64,000 nucleotides of DNA from Octopus vulgaris. Lineage: Eukaryota. Below the pieces are notes generated by a model. The model was not told the origin of the DNA and ran no database searches. It saw only the letters and a program-made list of their open reading frames with translations. Numbering within the stretch: the stretch's first letter is position 1; the number at the start of each line of letters is the position of its first letter. Made by a program: the position numbers and the translations under genes. The stretch lies in the NCBI GenBank assembly GCA_951406725.2, contig OX597814.1:115754001-115818000 (forward strand). Direction: 5' to 3'. Of this stretch, positions 52,270-63,084 are shown piece after piece.

Positions 52270-52975
52270 GTGTAAGCCAGCATGCTCGCATTGTTACCAC
52301 AGGCAATGGCGAGGCTAAGTCTTTGGAGCAGTCAAGTGCCCTCACGGGTATCACCAGAGACACCTCGGTAAAGTGATCCACCAACGATGGCAAGAACATT
52401 TGTTGTTAGCGGCCCAGCCCCACCAAACATTTCAAACGCCGCAGGCTGGAAGAAATTGTTCACCGACAAGTCTCGATACTTAAGGATTTTATTCTGTTTG
52501 GCTACAGAAGCAGTGACCCCGCCACCGCCATTTACCGCAGCATTCAGAATGTGAGAAGGACCAAAAGAATCACAGACTGTGGCGTCCCAGATGAGACACC
52601 TACCTCTTATTTCTTTACTGCCCACATGGGGCTGCACACAGAGGGGACAAACAAGAGCAGACAAAGGGATTAAGTCGATTACATCGACCCCAGTGCGTAA
52701 CTGGTACTTATTTAATCGACCCCGAAAGGATGAAAGGCAAAGTCGACCTCAGCGGAATTTGAACTCAGAACGTAGCGCCAGATGAAATACTTCTAAGCAT
52801 TTCGCCCCGGCATGCTAACGTTTCTGCCAGCTTGCCGCCTTTTAGGCACCTACCTCTTACTCTAGGAAAAGAGTAACACCTTCGTTTCTGGATAATTCCG
52901 CCGGCTCCAGAACTAAGGGGATATTAACCCAAGCCAGGGCCCGCTTAATGATCAGGTTCATAAGTAGTTCATAGG
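52270..52975 (-). mobile_element. CRE-like non-LTR retrotransposon restriction-like endonuclease fragment, interrupted by a SINE
   Basis: NLIIKRALAWVNIPLVLEP...GRCLIWDATVCDSFGPSH...KILKY...FQPAAFEMFG...GDTREG..LLQRLSLAIACGN. Confidence 0.65.
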
Positions 52976-53504
52976 TAAGCGGATTAAATGACTTCCAATT
53001 GGAGAGCATGTAATTATATGATAATGGAGCGTAGTCTGTGAGGGAATTTTGTATGTGATTATGCAGTTGAGGGAAACATCGATCATGAAACAGTTACTTC
53101 GACATGTGACAATCGCTCATTGGTTTTCTTGTTGAATATTTACTTCGAGTATTTATTTATACAAACGTATTCACACAAGAAAGAAGCATTTAAGACTTGC
53201 ATTGAAAACTAAAGCAATATTTGGAAGTTTAAAAAAAAAATGGCATTTATATGGAACTTGATGGCTTCTTTCTTAATCTTTCAATCAGGAGGGAAATAAA
53301 TTCCCATGAGCCTTTGCAGGGCCTTTGAGATTTGTGAGCAGGAGGGAGGAAGCTATCTTCAAACCGGAGTGGACTCTGATAAATGAATCCTTGGTGCCTG
53401 GTGATGGTATTAAGCCGGGTGGAAGGTCTCCCACTTGTGATACAAATGTAAAATAGATATGAACAATGCAAAGTGTCGTTTAGAGCTGGGTTTGTTATTT
53501 CCTA

Positions 53505-53563
53505 GAATAGAATAGTCTATAGTTTCCTTTATGACGTCACACTTGTAATAAAAGTCTATAAAA
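53505..53563 (+). promoter_or_regulatory. Promoter of copy A: palindromic CRE plus TATA box
   Basis: TGACGTCA at 53532-53539 and TATAAAA at 53557-53563. The upstream block AATAGAATAGTCTATA is shared with copy B. Confidence 0.65.
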
Positions 53564-53660
53564 GCGGCATAATTTCTTCCAGCGCTTACATTTGCCGTGT
53601 TCCATTAACCTCTTCGAGACCTATTTTTCTACATAGTGGCTTAAAACCTCAGATAGAAAG

Positions 53661-54209
53661 ATGACCAGTTTAAAAGGCTCTTCTCGTAGATGTCCATACA
53701 GAGTATGCAAAGAAGAGAGAAAAGCAAAGAAAAGGAATCAGAGATACCCCAAACTGAAATACTCTTCAAAACATAATACGGGGAGCAATCGGGTATTAAG
53801 CAATAGCAACCGGCATCCAAAGTGTCTGAGTAGAAGTCAATCGGGAAATTCTTACAGGGCTCTTTTCAGAACGAAGAAAAGAACCAAGAGTATGAGAGAC
53901 TCCAGGGGACATAATTGTACAAGAGTTCAAAGTACTTCGAATCGGAAGTTAAAACAGAGAAAGCCGAAACGTAGGACAGTTCCCAAGCACTCAACTTCAT
54001 CGGAAGTTCAAGCGGTAACCTCTCAAGAAATTTCAGAACAGGCAAATAATGACAAAATGTTATTGTCGCATGTTTCAGAAAGCAGTTCTTCGAAAGGAAC
54101 AGAAACAGATTGCAATGCTCAGGTGGATGAACCTGTATCGAATGCTTTGGATATGGACAGATATGATCAGACGATTACATCACAAAATACAATTCTCGGT
54201 AGGGTTTAA
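53661..54209 (+). CDS. Intronless 182-aa protein, basic (R/K/S) N-half and acidic C-half; candidate sperm/spermatid nuclear basic protein, copy A
   Basis: Open frame in unique sequence, colinear with the paralog at 61898-62437. CRE and TATA upstream, AATAAA at 54222-54227. Function is inferred from composition only. Confidence 0.7.
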   Translation: MTSLKGSSRRCPYRVCKEERKAKKRNQRYPKLKYSSKHNTGSNRVLSNSNRHPKCLSRSQSGNSYRALFRTKKRTKSMRDSRGHNCTRVQSTSNRKLKQRKPKRRTVPKHSTSSEVQAVTSQEISEQANNDKMLLSHVSESSSSKGTETDCNAQVDEPVSNALDMDRYDQTITSQNTILGRV

Positions 54210-54545
54210 TTATTTGTATTAAATAAAAATATATATTTAAATTTCTCTTGTCTTTATTCTCCACCGAGAACTTATATTTCTTGTAAAACTATACATGTAC
54301 ATGCATATTCAAATTAAAATATTGTCACATGTCTACCTGTATACATCAGAGTTTTAAGTAATAAAATTTTTAGAACCTCAATGGGTGTTTTGTGTTGTAA
54401 TATACATCGTTAGCAGATGTTAAAATACCAAGTATTCAACTTTAATTGACTGTAGAACGGTAAATTTTGCGTTATCCTCCCCAGGAAGGAAAAGAGATGG
54501 GGTTTCAACAATGGAGGCTACTTTCGAAGTTCAGTTTATGGAATT

Positions 54546-55036
54546 GTGTGTGTGTGTGTTTTGTGTGTGTGTTGTGTTTTGCGCGCGCGCGCGTGTGTGT
54601 GTTTTGCGTGTGTGTGTGTGTTGTGTGTTTTTTTTTTGTGTGTTGTATTTTGTTGTGTGTGTGTTGTAGTGCGTGTGTGTGTATGTTGTATTTTGTGTTG
54701 TTTTGTATTTTGTGTTGTTTTGCGTGTGTGTGTGTGCGTGTGTTTTGTGTTGTGTGTGTGCGTGTGTTTTGTGTTGTGTGTGTGCGTGTGTTTTGTGTTG
54801 TGTGTGTGTGTTTTGTGAGTTTTGTGTTGTGTGTGTTTTGTGAGTTTTGCGTGTGTGTGTGTTTTGCTTGTGTGTGTGTGTGTGTGTGTTTCGTGTGTTG
54901 TGTGTTTTGCGTGTGTGTGTGTATGTGTGTGCCGCTCGGTGTAATCTTTGAATCTGCCGGACTCCCCAAGCCTCCGTGTGTGTGTTTTGTGTGTGTGTGT
55001 TTTGTGTTGTATTTTGTGTGTGTGTGTGTGTGTGTG
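54546..55036. repeat. Degenerate (GT)n/GTTTT low-complexity tract
   Basis: Direct inspection. Confidence 0.95.
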
Positions 55037-55944
55037 CCGCTCGGTGTAACCCTTGAATCTGCCGGGTTCCCTCAAGCCTATCTCAAGATCATAGAGCAGA
55101 CCCAAAAGATGCCCTCCCTGTAAAAAGCGTTCGCCCGGGGCAGACCGCTACCCCCATATAACTGCGCTATTATTGCCCACAAGGGGCTAAACATAGAGAG
55201 GACAAACAAGGACAGACAAAGGGATTAAGTCGATTACATCGACCCCAGTGCGAAACTGGTACTTTATTTATCGACCCCAAAAGGATGAATGGCAAAGTCA
55301 ACCTCGGCGGAATTTGAACTCAAAACTAACGACAGACGAAATACCTATTTCTTTACTACCTACAAGGGGCTAAACACAGAGGGGACAAACAAGGACAGAC
55401 AAGCGGATTATAGGTGAGACATCGACTCCAGTGCGTAACTGGTACTTAATTTAATGACCCCGAAAGGATGAAAGGCAAAGTCGACCACGGCGAAATTTGA
55501 ACTCAGAACGTAACGGCAGACGAAATACCGTTAAGAATTTCGCCCGGCGTGCGAACAATTCTGCCTGCTCGCCGCCTTGAGCGGGCATTTTGGACGTGGA
55601 GGTCATCGATTTATAAGGAGGTATAAAACCGAATCCTGGAGCACACGGTGTCGCTTTTAAGGAATGTAAAATGTTCCGTCAATATATGCAACAGTAGTGC
55701 AATCTGAAAGGAGGCTATTGATCCAAAACATGCAGTTTCGATATGAAATTCGCATTATATATAAAGGTAAACTTTGCTATTATCGAAGACATTACTTTCA
55801 CCAAATTTCAGCCACAGCAAGTGTCCACTGATGGGCGACATAAGAAGAGGGTGTCTATGCCTGTTCGTGACAATGTAACCTAAAACTAGTGGTACAAACA
55901 TGTTAAAATTCGATTGAGAGTGACGGTTAGGTTTTACACGTAAG

Positions 55945-56360
55945 CAGGCGTGCGCGTGTGCATTCAGCAAACACACGCAGGCATGCGTGCGTGCATGCAT
56001 TCTTCAGCACCAACACGCGCAACACGTGCACGGGTGTACGCTCGGGCCGCGCACTCTCCTGCGCCAACACGCGCGCGGGCATGCGCTCGCGCCGCGCACT
56101 CTCCTGCGCCAACACGCGCAACACGTGTGCGGGCGTACGCTCGCGTCGTGCACTCTACGGCACCAACACACGCAACACGTGCGCGCGCACCGTGCACCTT
56201 TCGGCGCCAACACACACAACACGTGCGCGCTCCGTGCATTGTTCGACACCAACGTACGCAAAACGTACGCGGGCGTACGCTCGCGTCGCGCACTCTACAG
56301 CACCAACAAACGCGGGTGTGCGCTCGCGCCGCGCACTCTCCTGCACCAACGTACGCAAAA
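55945..56360. repeat. CpG-rich degenerate minisatellite
   Basis: Recurrent GCACTCTCCTGCGCCAACACGCGC / CGTACGCTCGCG units. Confidence 0.85.
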
Positions 56361-56419
56361 CGGACGAAGGTTGCAAATCGACTCAACCAAAAGTAGCGAA
56401 ACGTCCCGCCTAACAACAA

Positions 56420-58337
56420 CACTGATGGACATCGAAAAAAGACTGCAACAATCCTATGTGAGGGAGAAAGCAGACAAAGAAGCCTGGGTTATAAAAAACA
56501 TTAAGTCAAAGCCAAAGGCCTTCTTTCATTACGCGAAAGAAACAACCTCAGTACACTACAAGATAAGACCCCTCCTCCAAAAGGATGGCTCCCTCACAGA
56601 CAGTCCAACTAAGATCAGTGAGATACTGAATGACCAGTTCAAAAGTGTCTTTACCACCCAGTTGGAACACAGACAAGTGAACGAACCAGTGGACTTCTTT
56701 GCCGCCTCACCTATAACCAGCGAGGCAGTTACAATGGAATACATTGACATTAGCGAAGAAGATATACTACTAGCCATAGATGAAGTGGACACAAACTCAA
56801 CTGCTGGTCCTGGTGGTTTCCCAGCAATCCTCCTCAAATCGTGTAAGCATGCCCTGGCAAAACCCCTCAAGATTCTCTTCCAGAGCTTTCTTGCAAATGG
56901 CAAACTGCTAAGCAAGCTGAAGGAGGGAATAATATGCCCAATACATAAAGAGGGAAGTAGAGCAGATGCCAAAAACTATAGGCCTATCTCTCTGACTTGA
57001 AACATCAGCAAAGCCATGGAACGGATAGTCAGAGGGAAACTAATCGCATTCTTTGAAAAAAATAACCAGCATGATTTTCGACCAGGTAGGAACTGCCTGA
57101 CCCAGCTCTTACAACATTACAACAAATCAAATGTGGATGTAATATACCTTGATTTTACAAAAGCATAGCTGGAAAACTTGGAGTGTGTTTACATGACTTC
57201 CTGAAAGATAGGAGTCAGGCAGTAGTAGCTAATGGAGCCACCTCTTTGAACACACAAATAGTGAGCGGTGTTCCATAGGGCACTGTCTTGTGATCACTGC
57301 TCTTTATAGTGGCCCTCTCAGATATGCCCTCAAATGCCCGAATAGCCACCTTGGCAAGCTATGCAGATGATACGAAAGTCTCGCAGAAAATACAGAACCC
57401 CAGCGATGTTGCACATCTGCAGCAGGAGTTGGACTCAATTTACAGATGGGCTGAGGATAATAATATGCAGTTTAATACTGAAAAATTACAGGCCCAGCGC
57501 TACCAGCATCCAAAACTGAATATGAAACTTACAGGGTACACCGGTCCACAGGGAATTTCAATCCCAGAGCCTAAGTCAGTGAGGGACCTGGGTATCGACA
57601 TGAGGTATGATACCTATTTCCAAATGCACATTACCAGGATGGTGACAAAGTGCAGACGACTGGCTGGATGGATCCTAAGAACATTCAGAACCAGAGATAA
57701 GGAAACCATGATGGTCCTCTGGCGGACTTTCGTCCTCAACCGCCTGGATTATTGCTCACAGCTATGGTCACCCACCAGTATGAAATTAACAGCGGACCTT
57801 GAAGCAATCCAGAGAAGATTCACAAAGAAGATCGTCTCTTTGCAACAGCTCAGCTACTGGGAAAGGTTGAAACAGCTAAGACTCTACTCCCTGGAGAGAA
57901 GACGGGAGAGGTATGCAGTAATATATGTCTGGAAGATCCTGGAAGGAATTGTGTCATATTTTGGCACTGAAAGCTACACCAATACCAGAACGGGACGACA
58001 ATGCATAGTGCCAAAGATCCCAGCAATGCCATCACGCTTCAGGACCAGTTACTGCAACAGCCTGGGTTTCAAGAGCCCACAGCTTTTTAATATTCTCCCA
58101 AAGAGTCTGAGGAACTTGCACAAAGTAGATGTAGGGATTTTAAATCAAAGCTGGACCTCTTCATGTCGAGAGTCCCAGATGAACCTACCTCATGGCAAGA
58201 GGTGCAAATGAGGGTAGCTATATCAAACTCCATTCTTCACCAAGTGCCACATATTAGAGGAGGCTCTTGGTAATAACATTGTAGCAAAACGGTGGTGCAT
58301 CAGCATGGCCGCAGCTCTGAGCTGAGACTAAAAAAGA
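56420..58337 (+). mobile_element. CR1/L2-group LINE, 5'-truncated, disrupted RT
   Basis: NYRPISLT, DVIYLDF, YADD, LDYCSQLWSP and LYSLERRRERY motifs. Stop at 56998-57000 and internal deletions. Structured 3' tail at 58291-58337. Confidence 0.9.
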
Positions 58338-61099
58338 ATATATATAATAACTTTGATACGTTTCGGCCAGTACGGGCCCAGGCCATGTCTATATATATAC
58401 ATGTATGTATATGTACTCGTACAAAATGGATCCTCCGCCGTTTTCGTCGATGAGCATTCAACTGTTTGAGGCAGTCATAGAGAGACAGACAAATTGTTTT
58501 TCGCTGGGAACGGCCGAAAAAGTGTTTGGTGTCAGCTCACGACTACAGCAACACCTAAAACAATAATCGGTAGTATGGTGTATGTTACTAGCGAAACATT
58601 GAGCATGTAACCACTGAAGAAAGAGAGGAAGGACTACACCAGCACTTGGCTAGTACCAATCTTCATTTTACCACGTAAAATGGGGATGCCTTGCTGAAAT
58701 ACACAACACACCGGGATCTTTTCGGTTTGAACGGCAGTTTTTTCTAGCGATGTCATATGAAATTGTCACCCATAATTATGACCCTAGTATCGATCTATTA
58801 CATTTCAATCTGTTTTTGGTTTAGGGTTAGAGTTAGGGTTAGGGGGTATCATTTTTTCTTCAGAAATGTAAATAAACCCAATCTGTTTCTTAAACGCGGC
58901 ACATATTCATACGGCGCAGAATGTTTTTGCCTCAATAGACGTCATTGATTGGTTGAAATTGCAGAAATTGAAGAAAAAAACAACAAATATCTTACAAACC
59001 ATAGAATTTTCTCAATAAAGCCAAGAGAAAAAGATGTTTTATAAACACATTCTACCAGTATAGGAAGTTTTTTATAGTATAGGAAGTTTTTTAGTTACCT
59101 AGAAATTGTTAAAAACTGCCGTTCAAACCGAAAAGATCCCCAATCTTGGTACCAATGAAGATTGGTACTAGCCAAGTGCTGGTGTAGTCCTTCCTCTCTT
59201 TCTTCAGTGGTTACATGCTCAATGTTTCGCTAGTAACATACACCATACTACCGATTATTGTTTTAAGTGTTGCTGTAGTCGTGAGCTGACACCAAACACT
59301 TTTTCGGCCGTTCCCAGCGAAAAAATTTGTCTGTCGCTCTAATGACTGCCTCAAACAGTTGAATGCTCATCGACGAAAACGGCGGAGGATCCATTCTGTA
59401 CGAGTACATATACATACATGTATATATATAGACATGGCCTGGGCCCGTACTGGCCGAAACATATCAAAGTTATTATATATATTCTTCAATTTCAACCAAT
59501 CAATGACGTCTATTGAGGTGAAAACATTCTGTGCCGTATGAATATGTCCCTCGTTTAAGAAACAGATTGGGTTTATTTACATTTGTAGAAACAGATTGGG
59601 TTTATTTACATTTGTGAAGAAAAAAAGAAACCCTTCCCCCCACCCCTAACCCTAACCCTAACCAAGCCTAACTCTAACCCTAACCCTGAAACAGATTGAA
59701 ATGCAATAGATCGATACTAGGGTCATAATTATGGTGACAATTTCATATGACACCGCTAGAAAAAACTGCCGTTCAAACCGAAAAGATCCATTTGATGTCT
59801 AAAAAAAATCTTTTTATATTTTTATATTTTATATTTTTAGAATGAAATATATATCGTATATAATTAAAAGATACAGAAATATTTTATTCTCAAACGCATG
59901 ACAATGCCAATACAGTAGCATGAACAGGATAAACTACCCATTTATTGCAGAACAATTCGTTACTGGGCAGTTTAGCTTAAAGGTAAAGCACTAAGGCGGC
60001 GAGCTGGCAGAAACGTTAGCACGCCGGGCGTAATGCTTAGTGGTTCGTCTGCCGTTACGTTGTAGGTTCAAATTCCGCCGAGGTCGACTTTGCCTTAAAT
60101 CCTTTCGGGGTCGATAAATTAAGTACCAGTTACGCACTGGGGTCGATGTAATTGACTTTAATACCTATGTCTGTCCTTGTTTGTCCCCTCTGTGTTTAGC
60201 CCCTTGTGGGTAATAAAGAAATAGGTATTTCCTCTGCCGTTACGTTCTGAGTTCAAATTCCGCCGAAGTTGACTTTGCCTTTCATCCTTTCGGAGTCGAT
60301 TAAATAAGTACCAGTTACGCACTGGGGTCGATATAATCGACTTAATTCGTTTGTCTGTCCTTGTTTGTTCTGTCTGTGTTTAGCGCCTTGTGGGTAGTAA
60401 AGAAATAGGTAAAGCACTAACGCGTAATCACATGGATGTGAGTTCGAGTCTCATGGCTGGTCGGTAACGAATTTTTCTGCAATATATGGATAGGTTTATC
60501 CTGTTCATGCTATTGTATTAACATTATCATGCGTTTGAGAATAAATTATTTCTGAATCTTTCAATACATCTCAACGCTTCTATTTGATTACTTTCATCGT
60601 AAGTTGAATATATAATTAAATATTTTTGTAATTAATATGAATTTTATAAGAAAAATGTTAGACGTATAACCAATTTATTGCAAATAAAATTTAGAAAAAT
60701 CTAAGGTTGAGAAGGGACAGAATATGTCCATCAATACATTGAGAGTGGTGATATAGGATTTGTTAGAACTAGGATTCAGTCGATGCTCAGGAGTCTTGAA
60801 CAAGCTACAACATCTTCCGTGGGCGCTATGTGAACCCCATGAGCAATACAGACCTCGGTTGAGAACCATTTGTTGAGAGGATTATGCAAAGTGTGATAGC
60901 TGGAAGGAGTGAGGATTGTACTAGGATGGTACTCATTCTAGCAGAGCAGACTGGAATAACATGAAATGAGATGCCTCACTCAGAAACACAGCGTTTTGAC
61001 TAGCCGAGAATTGAACCCACGACCTTATGGTCGTCAGCGGAACACCCCCCAAACGGAAGCCTCGACTAAAATATTCAATTAAGCAGAAGCTAAAACAAT

Positions 61100-61516
61100 G
61101 GATCTTTTCGGCTTGACCGGGAGTTTTAAAAAATAATTTCCACGTAACTAAACACTTTAAAACTTCCTATACTGGTAGAATGTGTTTATAAAACATCTTT
61201 TTCTCTTGGCTTTATTGAGAAAATTCTATAGTTTGTAAGATATTTGTTGTTTTTTTTCTTCAATTTCTGCAATTTCAACCGATCAATGATGTCTATTGAG
61301 GTGAAAACATTCTATGCCGTATGAATATGTCCCTCGTCTAAGAAACAGATTAGGTTTATTTACATTTGTGAAGAAAAAAAGATACCCTTCCCCCCACCCC
61401 TAACCCTAACTCTAAAACAGATTGAAATGCAATAGATCGATTCTAGGGTCATAATTATGGGTGGCAATTTCATATGACACCGCTAGAAAAAACTGCCGTT
61501 CAAACCGAAAAGATCC
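61100..61516 (+). mobile_element. Merlin-like MITE
   Basis: ~28-bp TIR starting GG. 8-bp TSD AAAACAAT at 61092-61099 and 61517-61524. Confidence 0.85.
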
Positions 61517-61743
61517 AAAACAATATCGAGGAAGTTTTGATATGGTACTTCGTGTGTACAGATATAAATATAAACAGGATAAGATTCGTTCAGAAATGCA
61601 ATTGACCTTTTTGGTCAAGCTCTATCAAAGTTTGTCTTTTCTTATCATCTGTATGGGGCACCAGACATACTGGGTAGATTGAATAAACTATACTCTCCCC
61701 AACAATCTAGGGACTTATGTATATTATTATAATTATATTAGGG

Positions 61744-61790
61744 AATAGAATAGTCTATAATCTCTTTATGACATCACACTGACGTCACAG
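61744..61790 (+). promoter_or_regulatory. Promoter of copy B: decayed CRE plus adjacent intact CRE
   Basis: TGACATCA at 61769-61776 (homologous position to the copy A site) followed by TGACGTCA at 61780-61787. Confidence 0.6.
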
Positions 61791-61897
61791 AGGTAGATAT
61801 TGAACGTCATTCTTTCAAGCTTTTTCATTCACCGTGTTTCAGATTTAACTTCGTGACCAATTTTTCTATACAGCAGATTAAAACCTCAGATAGAAAG

Positions 61898-62437
61898 ATG
61901 GTTACCTTAAGCAGCAGTTCTCGCAGATATCCATACAGAGTATACAAAGGACACAGAAAAGTAAAGAGATGTTCGAAACACTCAAAACCGAGAAGTTCTT
62001 CCAAATATTTGTACGATAACCGAGGATCACAGAGCAAAAGTAACCGGTATCGCAAGAGTCTGAGCAGAAGTTATTCGAAAAATTCTTATAGGCCTCTTTC
62101 CGGGACGAAGAAAACTAAAAGAGATTCTAGGAGACATAGATTTCGGGGTAAAGGAACTTCAAATCGAAGGACGAGGCAGAGAGTCAAGAGGCGTAGGCGA
62201 ACTCGCAATCATACAGGCTCTTTGACGAAACAAGCTGAGATGCCTCAAGATTGTTCAGAACAGGAGAATGCTGATACCACGGAATTAAAATCGAATACTC
62301 CAGTAAATGATTCTACAAACGATGGGGAAACGGTTCGTAGTGTCCAGACGGATGAAAATATGCCAAATGCGTTGGCAATGGACAGTAAAGACCAAGGGGC
62401 AAAAACACAAAATGCGTCTGTCGGTACGATTGAATAA
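61898..62437 (+). CDS. Intronless 179-aa Arg/Ser/Lys-rich protein with acidic C-half, copy B
   Basis: ATG at 61898 follows the same leader as copy A (TTAAAACCTCAGATAGAAAG-ATG). SSRRYPYRV matches SSRRCPYRV, and LSRSYSKNSYR matches LSRSQSGNSYR. AATAAA at 62456-62461. Confidence 0.72.
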   Translation: MVTLSSSSRRYPYRVYKGHRKVKRCSKHSKPRSSSKYLYDNRGSQSKSNRYRKSLSRSYSKNSYRPLSGTKKTKRDSRRHRFRGKGTSNRRTRQRVKRRRRTRNHTGSLTKQAEMPQDCSEQENADTTELKSNTPVNDSTNDGETVRSVQTDENMPNALAMDSKDQGAKTQNASVGTIE

Positions 62438-62508
62438 TGATTTGAATTTTAAAAAAATAAAGAAATGAAAATATTAATTTTAGTCTTATTCTCAAATATA
62501 AATCTTTT

Positions 62509-62926
62509 GGATCTTTTCGGTTTGAACGGCAGTTTTTTCTAGCGGTTTCATATGAAATTGTCACCCATAATTATGATCCTAGTATCAATCTATTGCATTT
62601 CAATCTGTTTTAGAGTCAGGGTTAGGGGTGGGGGGAAGGGTATCTTTTTTTCTTCTCAAATGTAAATAAACCCAATCTGTTTCTTAAACGAGGGACATAT
62701 TCATACGGCACAGAATGTTTTCACCTCAATAGACGTCGTTGATTGGTTAAAATTGCAGAAATTGAAGAAAAAAAAACAATAAATATCTTACAAACTATAA
62801 AATTTTCTCAATAAAGCCAAGAGAAAAAGATGTTTTATAAACACATTCTACCAGTATAGGAAGTTTAAAAGTGTTTAGTTACGTGGAAATTATTTTAAAA
62901 AACTGCCGGTCAAACCGAAAAGATCC
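62509..62926 (-). mobile_element. Merlin-like MITE, inverted relative to the 61100 copy; other copies 58714-59139, partial 59482-59789, 47807-48038
   Basis: Same TIR and body. Flanks are TAAATCTTTT / TAAACCTTTT. Confidence 0.85.
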
Positions 62927-63084
62927 TAAACCTTTTTAAAGTCGTATTTCAATTTCTTCGTGTATAAAAAGAATAATTGTGCTTTGTTATAAGATGTTTT
63001 AGATAACGAAATCAATGTGTTAACTTGAATACATCAAACAGATGGCATATATGGCAAAGCATAGATAATTACTGGTGTAATTTA

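Noticed and set aside
54195-54205. CG|GTA possible splice donor at the end of both basic-protein ORFs (also ~62423)
   Set aside because: Stops and AATAAA follow immediately in both copies, so a single-exon model is simpler. It cannot be fully excluded without RNA data.
55987-57000. 337-aa ORF as a novel gene
   Set aside because: Chance fusion of a minisatellite translation with a truncated LINE RT region that ends in a premature stop.
58592-58625. GAAAC-AT..AT-GTA-acca-CTGAAGA resembling a permuted hammerhead
   Set aside because: Only 4 nt between the cleavage triplet and the CUGA box, so stem I cannot form, and no stem II is evident.
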